Positions 52,541 to 64,000 of a DNA stretch of 64,000 nt are shown in pieces (position 1 is the first letter of the stretch; each line of letters opens with the position of its first letter). Source of the DNA: Camelus ferus (lineage: Eukaryota); assembly GCF_009834535.1 (NCBI RefSeq), contig NC_045697.1:32924001-32988000 (forward strand). The letters run 5' to 3'. The notes below the pieces were generated by a model. It saw only the letters and a list, made by a program, of their open reading frames with translations. It had not been told where the DNA came from and ran no database searches. A program made the translations under genes and the position numbers.

Positions 52541-52878
52541 AAGAAATGAAATTAATGAGGATATGTAAGTATCATGAGGGCTTTATCAATTGAAGAAACA
52601 AAAATGTTTAAATACTAGCTCAAGAATAATAGGAAATAAATAATATTTTCTTTCCTTTATTTAATTCTAATTATTTTTAGAATTTTGGCATTTAGCAGAA
52701 AGGAAATAGGTTATGAAAAAGGAAGATCCAATAAGATGGAGATAACTCATTAAAATAGATATAAGATGGCATAAAATCAAGACATGATAAAGGAATTCAC
52801 TTTGGATCAGAGGGAGATACTTTTTTAAAGAAAAAAGTAATAAAATTATATCAAAAACACAGATATTTTTAGAAAAAA

Positions 52879-52925
52879 TACACCAGAAACTAATACAGCA
52901 TTGTAAACCAAGTATACATCAATGA
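52879..52925 (+). mobile_element. Tiny L1 3'-end fragment
   Basis: TACACCAGAAACTAATACAGCATTGTAAACCAAGTATACATCAAT is homologous to 52459-52503. Confidence 0.65.
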
Positions 52926-55009
52926 ATTTATTAATTAATTAAAAATTGGGGAGAAAAAAGTAAAAAAAGTTCTAGTATATATTTCCTCAATGTATTGCCC
53001 TTATTTTCTGGAGACTAAACGTTTGGTGATATTTACTAAATGATGTACAATTATGTAGCTATATTCTAAAATGGATGAGTATTAAATAACACCAGTGAAA
53101 TGCTTTTTCTTGTATCAAAGAGAAGTATCAGAAATGCTCCATATAGTATATAACCAGGAGGAACCTCATACTTGAAATCATCCCTTTCCTCATGAATAAA
53201 ACTTATTTCAATGCCAAGTTCATTTTATATGACCATTATAATCAAAGGATAACCTGATTACTGACACTAATAAATTTCACAAAGAGTTTGGAAATACAAT
53301 ATTTGGTTTTTTTTATTACATAATATTTAGAATTAGTTTCTTTACTCTTTAGTAACTTTAATAAGTATAATATGGGTATTTATTTCAAAATATTTGGTAG
53401 TAATATAATCACTAATTAATCTTGTAATTATAACTAATTGTATTCTTATTAATATAACCAAAATGTAATTCTTTACAAGCAACAGCATAAGAAATTTTGA
53501 AAATAAAAGAGAATATTCACCTTAAAACAAGGTGGTCAATATCCCAAAAATATTCTACAGCATAGATATGAGAGAAAAGAAACATAATTAGTATGTGCCT
53601 CAGAAAAAAGTTTTAAGTGAAGTTTAGTAAAAATCCATAGAACTGGTATCACTAAGTACTATTTATTTTTCATTTTTCAATATTGCTTTTAAATTTTGAT
53701 TTAATCTTGAAATTATCCCAAACAAATCTTGTATGCTTTCTTACTGCTTGTTTTCTAAAGGCTTAGTTTAGAATACTATTATGTAAATAATTCAGCAAAT
53801 GCTGAAGAGAAAGCCAGTTTTGCTTCACAGATTTTTTTCAGCTTTTAACATAAGCGAAGACTAGAAACTTATTAAAGAAAATAGACACAGTCTTGATAAG
53901 TCTGAGAGTGATTTCAAAATGTATTCAAATATGATGTAGCATTAAAATTTAAATATCTTCTCATTTCTTGTTTTCAGAATACAATAGGAAACAAGGTCAA
54001 TATTTTTCAAAGTGATATAAAATATGTAATTAGATATAGAGTTGGCAACATGGAATATCTTGGAGCAAAAGTGCTTTGAATCTCACTTGATATACTGGGA
54101 AGGAGGATACTGTATTTATTATTTATCCATATATGCATTAGTTGGGCATTCTTCTATGCATTTGTTATTATCATACTACAGAAGAACAAAATCACTTTAA
54201 GAAATCACTCTGTCAGACAGACACTTTGCCCATTGCTGGAGACTGAAAGATGACCATGGCACAGACTGCCTTATCAAGAGCTCAAATGCTTTTGCTCTGT
54301 GCATTCTTCCTAAATGAGTGTACTTATATAACCTCTCTAGTTGTGCTTTTGTTGTCTGACAATTAAAAATGGATACAAATGCATTTGTGTAAATGACAGC
54401 CACCATTTAAATTTTATAGGATATTTCAAAGTGCAGAGCTACAGTGATAGAATCATGATTGCATTTCTATCTAGTAGTAGTTAGCCCATTCCTACCATGA
54501 TTCATTTTTTTAATTTCAGCTTCCATAAATATGGATGTATGTTGAGTTTAATGTTCCATGAAGAGGAAAGATTGACCATTTATAAATGCATACACCTTCT
54601 TCAACACCCTTTTGGCACCCAATTCATGGCAGAAAGGAATAATTTGGCTTACTGAATTTTGTCTGTATCATAGTTTATATTTTACATGTTTACTCTTTAA
54701 TTTCTAAAGAATAATTTAGATTTCAACTATCAAAAAATGGGGGTAAACAACCATTGTTTCAAGAAATACTCAGTGAACTTTCAGGCAGTTTCAATGACAC
54801 AAAAAGAAAATCATCTAAGAGGTTATTTTCTCTGAGAAATTTGAGCTTTAATTCACAATTTGCTTCAAAGAAATGACAGAAATGATGAGACCTTTGTGTA
54901 AAAAATGTGTAATAAATTATTTGTGGTGATCCAGCCTCGATGAAAATGGTCGAAAACTCCCAAGGAAATTTCTTCAGAAATGATATGAGCAGATCAAAGA
55001 TCAACTTAA

Positions 55010-55262
55010 AAGAAGGTGGAGTAGAAAGGTCCTCAGCTCACCTTCTCCCTGGGGCACGCAAAATTACAACTATTTACAGAGCAACTATCAATGAGAATGA
55101 CCTCAAACTAGCATGGAAGTTTTGTGCAATTAAAGATATAAAGAAGGAACTACCACAAGAGGGGAGGAGGAGCACACGGCAGTGTAGTTAAGACCCACAG
55201 CCCCCAGCGGGCCACGAACAAATGGGAGGGTCATAACATTTGCAGGGATTTTCCTCAAGGCC
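55010..55262 (+). mobile_element. Isolated L1 5'UTR start (cetartiodactyl-type)
   Basis: AAGAAGGTGGAGTAGAAAGGTCCTCAGCTCACCTTCTC...CAACTATTTACAGAGCAACTATCAATGAGAATGACCT...AAAGATATAAAGAAGGAAC...CAAATGGGAGG. Confidence 0.7.
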
Positions 55263-56379
55263 TTGCTCCTCTGTTACTTCCATTTCCCAACAACTGGAGT
55301 AGCAAGTATATTCAAGGATTTCTACCCTTGGGGGATATTTGATTCCACTGTAGAACCCTGTTGTGTGGGAAGGCTTTATTGAATCCTGAAATGGAAAATC
55401 TTTTCAAGTTTTATCTGGTCCTTGCACTGTAACTCTAATATGTGTTGTTCCAAACTGAGAGTAAGAGTTCTAGAAGTTGTGAATCCATGTAATAAAAAGG
55501 TTCTTACTCTCACAGAATATGCAGCTTTGGGAAGTGCTGTGACCTTAGAGTTGAAATACAAGTGAGAAAGCATTATATTAAGAATAATACTGAATTAATT
55601 TTATAGTGTATTAAAAATTTAACGCATAAATCCAAATCCACTTGTACTTGAATCAAGTAGTGGCAAACCATTTGTTATATATCTCATAAATGTTTGACAA
55701 AATATGGATGAAGAAAACTGTTAATAATTCTGAGGTTAGAGGAGAACCAAGAATGTATATCAAGAACTAATATAATTTTCCCTAGCTGGGACCTTTCATC
55801 ACATTGATTCTTGGTTGCAAAAAAAGGCAGGGACTTTAAAGAATTTTATTTGAAAAACAGAATTATTGTACATTAGATGATACTGATCTCTTAAATCAGG
55901 GTACCTATCCCTCAAGTCAGACAACATAACTTGCTTCGGGGACAGGTAGTATATTAACTATAGGAAATAATCCACCTCTTTGGGAAACAACAGTTGAAAA
56001 CTACAAAAAAGATTTTGTCACTCATCTCATGTGCAAAAGTTTTCTGAATAAATGGATCACAATAAGCCTCTCTATCTACAGCTGCTCCTCGATTCTACAA
56101 ACTTATTTATAGCAAAAAATGAGGGGAATTGTTTTAACCAAATAAAATTTACAATGCATGACTACTTCTATACAATTATAAAATTTATTTTAATGTTCCT
56201 AAACTTATATAATTCTAACTTAAAATATGTGAGTAAAATTCATCAAATAGTCATTTCTTGTCTATGTTTCTATATTCACACATTACTTATATGATTAACC
56301 CAGCAATTTGTTAGAAAAATATATAAAGGTATGATAAAAATGTAAAGATGATCATTCAAAGAGAAACTTATCAAAGCTA

Positions 56380-57220
56380 TGTCATTAATTTTAAGATGCA
56401 CCATATTTTGTGTTTGATTAGGAAAGAAAACAAGGCATTAATAGCATAACATATTCTTATATTTTAGAATGATTATATTTAAGAATTATTTAGATCTATA
56501 TATTATATTATACAATCATAAAAAGAAAAATATAATAATCAAACTTTTTGTCTTAAAACATTTTCACATTCAAACTCCAAATCTTTCAGTTAACTTTTAA
56601 GATTGTAACCATCGAAGTTCCCCTCCCCTATTTTTTTTCATATAACATCATACTCTCTGCTAGCATAAGGACTGGTGTTGCTGTATTTTCTCCAGTATTT
56701 CCTTCTAAGTTTTTGACAGTCATCATACAAGTTTTGATGTTGGTACTTTCTTTTTTGGAATTTGATAAATAGTCCTTTTTAGATATCTCAGTAACAAAGC
56801 ATAATGCAACTTAATCTGCTTCCAGGTTTCTTCCTTTGTAGGTCCCATAAAATCAAGACAATAAGAAATCACTTTTATAGCTCCAGTGGCAGATACTTGC
56901 TTCACTGATATCAGTTTAATTTCCCTTCACTGTTTCCATGTTAATTTCCAAAATAAATTTACATCTCAAAAGTGGATTATATTACTTTGTAGATATTTTG
57001 AAAGACAACTGAATATCACATATGTGGTACCAATGATAGACATTATCTAATTAATATGATGATAAAATGAAATTGTATGACAATGCTCATGCATGAAAAG
57101 GTAAGGACAACTCTGTCACGATTTCCATTTGTCTGCCAGTAATTATAAAAATGCCATCAATGAATAGACACATTTCAATTTCAGAGATGTTTAAATATGT
57201 CTTAAAAGTGATGAAATAGT
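56380..57220 (-). mobile_element. Tc2/pogo-group DNA transposon fossil (Kanga-like)
   Basis: Inverted terminal motifs CATTAATTTTAAGATGCAC (left) and ATTTCAGAGATGTTTAAATATGTCTTAAAAGTGATGAAATA (right), with an internal antisense remnant resembling a DDE transposase C-terminus. Confidence 0.6.
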
Positions 57221-57659
57221 TCATGTTTTTTAGTATAATGCAGGGAAAACAAATTTCTTAAAGCTATATGATTTGAACAAAATTCATACAGAGAAAAACA
57301 ATGTGAAATTAAAAAAAATAGAAAACAAACTAAATTAAAAACTATTAGTACTGTCAATAATTGGGGAAAAGATGAATTCAGCTATTAAAAGGAAATACTC
57401 TGAGATTGTAATTGAAAAATAAAATAGAGCTCAATATAAGCCAAAATGACAGATGAAAAATTCAAAGAAAAAAACAATTACCAGGTGAATGGAAAAAAAA
57501 AAAAAAAACCTGCCAGAGAAATGCTAAATCAGCTAAAATAAATTTCTAGCAGGAAAGTATTTAAAGTTATAGGTAAATGTATACTTTTCTTAGAAAACTA
57601 ATATTTCACAAGTGATTTTAGTAAGAAATATTTAGTATGGAATATTCAAAAGAACCAAC

Positions 57660-57880
57660 AACCATACTATGAAATCAACAATGAATTTCAACAAAATGAA
57701 CAAGAAAGCCAATTATAAGATGAAAATTAAACATCACTATTTTTCTACGTATAAACAGTAACCAAATAGAGAATAGAAATAGAAAAAAAAAAAGATTCTA
57801 AGAACATAGAAACCAAAATAGTTAAGTACCTATAAATAAATCTAACTAGAAATGTGCAAAACATTTTGCAATGTCAACAA
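57660..57880 (+). mobile_element. Very old L1 ORF2 fragment
   Basis: AATGAATTTCAACAAA...TTTCTACGTATAAACAGTAACCAAATAGA...AAGTACCTATAAATAAATCTAACTAGAAATGTGCAA. Confidence 0.55.
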
Positions 57881-58582
57881 CAAAATGTTGCATATAACAG
57901 ATTAAGTAGAGGAAATAGAGTTTTGGTTAAGGAATATCCAACCCATTAGCGCAAAATGTTGGTGACTTTTATTATGGGGTACAGTATTTGATCAAAGTAT
58001 GGTGTACTGCAGCCTTGAGTCCAAGCCATGTATAGAACAACACTCTGTAATCAGTGACAATTATAGAAAAATAGAATGTTAAAGTGTGCTGGTTATTTCC
58101 AGCTAAGAAAGGAATGGCTAGCCTGAAAGCAGAGTTCACACACAATATGATTTTAATAAGGAAAAGCACTCTGTCTTTAGCAATCTAAATTGAGTAAGAG
58201 TCCCATACTATTGGATTTAAAGTCTCAAAATTCATCCTATTCTGTAACTCAAGCTGAAGCTAATATTAGAGGATCAGCTTTATCAGGAGTTCAGATAAGA
58301 CACAGGGCTTTGCACATTTTTTGCCAAAGTAAGGGAAAGATCTTTCGGTAAAAAATCACTTAAGGATTCAGCATTCTCTCTCTGTATTTTTTTTTTTTTT
58401 ATATTAGGTGTCCTAGACAAATAAATTGCTTTAGTTTTTAGATTGCTAAACACTGATTCTGGACCTCAAGTCTGATGAAGTCACTTGCCTGTATCTAGGC
58501 AAAAGATTTTAATATAAAGGATATACATGGAAGAGAGTATATTTGGAGGTTAAGAATACAAAGGGTGAACTATGGCAGATAT

Positions 58583-59040
58583 TGTAGGATGGTTGACTCA
58601 GTGCATCTTATTCCCAGCCTCCTTCTCTCCTTATCAGCCTCAGTCATTGAGGATGGGAAAGCTAAGCATTTGTTCTTTCACAATTAGAGGTAGTCGCATA
58701 ATGTAATTCTTGGTAAGAGGATGTAGGAGGAATTGTGTGGAAAAAACCATTTGTCTTCTTGATTGAAAATTAATGATAATAAAATAAAAGGATAGAAATA
58801 GCAGGAGTAGTTCCTGTGCTTTCTCCATACATTATCTTTGAACTCAAATATAATGTCTGGTGCTGCAAGAGTCATCCAGCAACAAGTCAGTAATCGTACG
58901 GCAAGGCCAGGGGTATTATAAAACTGATAGCTGCAACAAGTTAAATCCTTCAGATTCCCTGTTATAGAAGAAAAAGCATTTTTAAGCCAATCTAATTCAA
59001 TCTCTGTTATCTACAAGTGAGACAACATCCTTCTGATTCA
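58583..59040 (+). mobile_element. Old MaLR LTR (MLT1I/J-like)
   Basis: TG...CA termini, with ATAATGTCTGGTGCTGCAAGAGTCATC and TTTAAGCCA...TCTGTTATCTACA...CATCCTTCTGATTCA. Confidence 0.6.
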
Positions 59041-59309
59041 CTAGGCAGTCTGGCTTCTTTTTATCCACTTCCCAAAATCCCCTCTAAGGAATTTCAAGTT
59101 GGTTATCCTTTTATTACCCTTCTCTACCTTCTTTCTAAGCTTTTATGCCCAAACCTATCACTTAGAATTCGTATTTTAGGGATACCGAAGCCCTTATTTT
59201 TTCACAAAGTATTGCGTGTATGTTTGTATTATATATAATATACATAATATATATTATATACATGATATATTAGATTTAGGGAAATGAAATTTAGTTACAA
59301 CAATAACAG

Positions 59310-59815
59310 AGGTTCCTCCTTCTCTATTTCCATAAATGACATCACCATTTAACCGCAACTCCACAAATACGAGCTTCATTTGAAACTACATTTAGTCTTC
59401 CTACACATTCAATAATTAATTCCAGTCTATTCTAACTCCAAAATATATCTCAAATCCATCCAGTTATCTCTTACCCTACCCTTCCCACACTAGTTCAAAC
59501 ATCACTTCTCACAGTGAATACTTCTGCAACTTCCTAATTGATCCCTCTGCATTTACCCCTTGTCCTCTTCTAATCTGTTATCTAGTTAGCAGTCAGAGTG
59601 ATCTTATAAAATTGCAATGTGAGTGGATCATCTCTCTATTAAAAACTTATCAATCACGTCCTCTTGCTTTTGTGACAAGTTTTCAACAAGATTTCCCAAA
59701 CACAGTCTACTCATACTTATTTATCCAGTCTCAGTTTTGCCTTTCCCTGCTGTCCAGTGCACAGCCAGATTAGTTATGTTTCAGTTTCTCAAGGATACTA
59801 TGTTACCTTCCTCTT
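59310..59815 (+). mobile_element. L2 LINE fragment (upstream part)
   Basis: AAATGACATCACCAT...CCAAAATATATCTCAAATCCATCC...TTCCTAATTGATCCCTCTGC...GCAGTCAGAGTGATCTT. Confidence 0.75.
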
Positions 59816-59819
59816 CTAT

Positions 59820-60258
59820 ATTCATCTTAGATTGGGTACTTTGGAAAAAGACACTGACATGGAAAGTTGCATGCCAGTAGTTTTGGGGACTGTTCTAGGA
59901 GGAAACACCTGTGTGGTGAGGCCAGTAAAATCTGGGGAGAGGGATAAAGTGACAAACAGTGTGGTTGCAGCTGAGGGCTCAGACAAGCATATGGTAAGCT
60001 CTGGAGCTAGGTTGTCTCTTTAGATATCCCTCAAACTGGAGCAAGGAAGTTGGACATATGTAGTGCCACATTGACCCATAATTGGCTATGGGCATATAGC
60101 TTTAGGCAAGGCAGTTCTGAAGGGGGGATAGAAATTCCCAGTGAGGGATATAGATTTGAGACTTTAACAGTAGATAATTCTCAGCAGGAACGAGGTGGCT
60201 GTGGGTGGGTTAGTCCTGAGGAGGGCATCAGAAGGGAATATGACAGTATCTGTTTCTG
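59820..60258 (-). mobile_element. LTR16-like ERV-L solo LTR inserted in L2
   Basis: AAAGACACTGACATGGAAAGTTGCATGC...AACACCTGTG...AGCTCTGGAGCTAGG...TTAGGCAAGGCAG...GTCCTGAGGAGGG. Confidence 0.65.
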
Positions 60259-60261
60259 TAT

Positions 60262-60550
60262 TTTTGTTGATCCTGTTTCCTCTGAGTCAAACTCTCCCTC
60301 TCATTCCTCTTAATTTCTTTATCAGGCTAACTTCTATTCATCCCACAGGAGTCTCTGACTCTAATCATTGGTGGGCTCCCTTTTCCATACTTCAACAGTA
60401 TAACTCAAAATCACCAATCCTAGAACTTACTGAACTATGTAAAGATTGTCTATTTATTAAGGCCCTGTGGAAACAAAAATCGCATTTTCACCTTAGTGTT
60501 CCCAGAGTCCAAAATAGTGTTTGACAATACTTAATGCAAAATGAATGTAT
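60262..60550 (+). mobile_element. L2 LINE 3' end (downstream part)
   Basis: TCCTGTTTCCTCTG...TTTTCACCTTAGTGTTCCCAGAGTCCAAAATAGTGTTTGACA...AATGAATG. Confidence 0.55.
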
Positions 60551-62839
60551 ATTTCAAAGTGAATAAATTTCACATTTATTTTCAAGTTTTATTGAGTCTA
60601 GATCTTCCTGAGAGAGAACCATCCAAAATCAGGAAAATAAGTGAGAAATAACAAGAGAGTAGTAAAGGTTTTAACTGGGTATGATTTCCAATCTTCAGTT
60701 AATCTCTATTTCTAAATATTGCTCTGAAGACTTTTCAAATTCCTTCCTGTACCAGATTCTGGGTGTTCTATTAGCAGTATCTTAGTCAATACATATTTTA
60801 TTTAACTATATATGGATTACTTTGTATCAATTCCATCATATAATTTCTTCAGCTGAGAAGAAAAATTAGTACTCATGAATCAATATTTTCCTTGCTTTTT
60901 TCATGTTTCCATTATGAATATTAGCCACTAAAGTTACTGTTTTATTAGTTATATACAGTAATAAAGAAACACACTTGGGGTGTCTGAAGCCCATGGTGAA
61001 ATTAAAATATACGTTTTAATGAAATCCAAGACATTCATATTTACATATAGATGATACTGTAAATGTTGAAAGCAAGGTTAAAAATGACTTAGACAAAAAG
61101 CAGCATAAGTAAAAATGGTATCCTTTACTTGGGATAACAGTATGTGTTCATTTTCTATGAATTGTGAATAAATAGACTGTATACGCAAACATAGCCAAAA
61201 TTAGGATAAATATTTTGAACCACATGTGTTAATCTCCTACAACACCATGTTAAACTGCCTACTCATCCAATCCATATCACAGCACCTAATCGCTCATTAA
61301 CTGTTTGTTGTTTGAATGTTCAGGATTAAAAAAAAAAAAAACTATCAACTTAAATGGTAATCAATGATTTCCTGCAAATTAGATTTGTACATGATCATTT
61401 AAATCCAAATGTCTTAAACTTCCAATAATACTGAACATATTCTAGTTTAGAAGACCTAATCCAAACAAGCAATATTTTTAACCAACAATAAAATTGCAAA
61501 CAGCATACTTCTTAAAAAAGTCACAAGCATACGCAGAAGGCCTGGTGGACTCTCTGCAGGTGCTGTGTCTCCCAGTATAGCCTCAGAGATGCCTACATAC
61601 GATCACATGCCTTCATTTACTCGTCCGCTTGGAACACTTCTGAGAAATATGCTCCAGGAAGATGGCTATTTTAAATGGTTCCTTGATTCTTAACTTGTAA
61701 ACATAATTTTCAAATTCCCTTGACCCAGTTCTAACACTGCTCAACCAAGACTTGATCAGAGTGCCTTAGTAATCTAGAATTTAATGCATATAAATTACCA
61801 ACGTAAAAATGATTTTACTCTCTTACCTTGCCCTGAGATAACCTCATTATAAAATTTTCACTTTCCCACTGTCCTTGAATAATATCATTAGTACCTATAA
61901 CTACCTAGTCCGCTGTCTGAAAGAACAAAGTATAAGTAATTTGGTAAGTCGATAAGGCGTTGTATTAATGGGACATTATTCAAATGTGAAGTTAGGCATG
62001 ACAGCATTAGTGAAATATAGAAGTATTTCAAGGTTTTATTAAACTCTTAAAGATCATATTTTCTGTAAGTTTATGTTCAGCAAAAATTCATCTATCTTCT
62101 ATTGTTTTATTCATCATTTTGTGTAGTTTATATTGATTATTACTCACTTGAAATCAGGACGCTATAGATATATTTCTGTATTTGCCTATAGTCTACTTAG
62201 AAGCATATATATGGCCATGCATGCAAAAATCACGTAACTCATAAAAATTCTACAGGATGATAAATCCTAATGATAGAAATTAAATACAGTAAAATCTCTG
62301 TTCATAACATTTAGTTACCAGATTTCTTTCTGATCTAGCATTTCCTGACTTAACATTACAAATTAACGATTGAATTCCTGTCAGTTGTCAATGGCACTTA
62401 ATTACATCTTTCCTTTAGCTAATATGAAAAATTGAAATAGTTTCTGAAGCAAAGAAACATTATCTTTAGAAGAGATTTTGTTTTATGAGCATTTTGGTAT
62501 GTTCTGATTCTTGAAAACTTGGACATCTGTGTGTGAGAGATATAAGAACTTAATTAACAAGCGTATTCATGGACGCTGGACTCACTGATTTATAACCGTT
62601 TTGGATTATAAGGACTTTACTACTTTGTGAATTGACTCTTGATTTTATTGATGTGTATGTAATAAATCTATTTTATATATTCTTATCTATTAAATAAATA
62701 TTATAATATTGTCATAAATGTCAAACCTTTTCAAACTAAGAGAAAAACTAGGTAGGTTAAAAAAAAAAGTGTCATACTAAACTTCTTATGGCTCGGGTGT
62801 GTTATCAATTGCTTTTCTTGCTGTCTTAAAGCTAATTTT

Positions 62840-63070
62840 TTTTAGTTTTGTCCCAGACCATATGCTTAGCATTTATCCTTATCTTTTTCAATACTCAAAC
62901 TGTCCTCTGAAAGATATCTATTTTTTTTTCCTGTTCATTCTTAGAAAACTAAAATTTAGAGGGTGTATTTGATTTTCCTAAGGTCACACACATGGAATTG
63001 GTCGGATCCAGGCATTGAATGAACATGCATCTTACTTACAAATCTGTGTTGTTCACTACTATGTTACACT
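62840..63070 (-). mobile_element. MIR SINE
   Basis: AGAAAACTAAAATTTAGAGGG...TTTCCTAAGGTCACACA...CCAGGCATTGAA...TTCACTACTATGTTACACT. Confidence 0.65.
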
Positions 63071-64000
63071 ACTTAAGCTCATTAAATGAACAGTTCAATT
63101 TTATTTAATTCTATTCCACTGAAATTCCAATAATCTAAAATTTTATCTAAAATTACTGTTTTTGCACACACTGAGGTAAAAGTAAGAGGTAATAACTAAT
63201 ATGAGGTAGAAGTTAGTGGTAATAATTAATATGTTTTGGAGTGTAATAAAATTGAATGCTTTCTAAGCAAGTCACACTTAAAGTTGAGTCTTTTTTTTTT
63301 AACCCATTCCTTATGCCAGTTCCCAGTGAAACATTAAAAGCTTGATAATTGTATAATAAACTTGTTTTTCTTGACCAGTAAGAACTAGAGGGTCTATCCT
63401 TTATCACAGGAAAAGGATATAAAAGCTTCTAATAATACAGACAATTATTTTTATTATACTGAATAATAATTGCTGTGCATTAAATAAGACTGAATTGTTT
63501 ATCTATTAGATGTCTTACCTATATAAAAATTATTTCTTTGTATAACTATTGCAGTTCTTCCTTTATGATTTTTATCAATATAGAATGAGTTAAACTCTAT
63601 TACTTTTTTTCCTATTCAGTGTTTTCATGGAACATTTTATTCTTGTATCGAGAGTTAAATAATTATTTTATTGAGGGATTAATAATGGTACTGAGAAAAT
63701 TTTGCATACTATAAAATATAATACTGACATTGTTATATTATATACATAAATATAGTATGAATTCTACTGAGTAGACAAGAATGCATACTTTTTTTAAAAA
63801 GCATGATAAAAATTTGGGGAGTTATAATCAAATTGAATCAAGCGTCTCAAAATTAGGCTCTCTATTTACTCAATAAATAATTAACATATATTGTTCACAC
63901 ATAGCTTACATAAACCTGTAACAATCAATGTCTAATCATCTATCAAAATATAGACTGCAGGAATTCAGAAGCATCCTTGTTTTTCTGATACACTAATCTG

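Noticed and set aside
1..64000. CRISPR arrays, operons or a novel multi-gene system
   Set aside because: Mammalian repeat-rich DNA with no regularly spaced repeat-spacer array and no intact gene cluster.

Overview
AT-rich, repeat-dense eutherian intergenic or deep-intronic DNA, most likely camelid. The evidence is tRNA-Ala-derived SINEs resembling the camelid Vic-1 type, with no ruminant, pig, primate, rodent or carnivore SINEs recognised. I see no credible host protein-coding exon: every ORF in the track is either a decayed L1/ERV-L fragment or spurious. Recognisable content includes a ~5 kb 5'-truncated L1 with a nested SINE, many older L1/L2/MIR fragments, two decayed ERV-L pol remnants (one with the dUTPase region), MaLR/ERV solo LTRs (MLT1, MER31/67, MER68/77, LTR16), DNA-transposon fossils (MER20, MER33, Kanga-like) and microsatellites. 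I found no evidence of a new biological system. The best observations are retrotransposition footprints: a tailless U2 snRNA retrocopy with a perfect 14-bp TSD, a tRNA-SINE/L1-3'-end chimera, an L1 with an 18-bp TSD and a possible short 3' transduction, a twin-priming-type inverted L1, and two orphan L1 5'UTRs. Family names come from my recollection of consensus sequences, not from an alignment, and boundaries are approximate unless TSDs are given.
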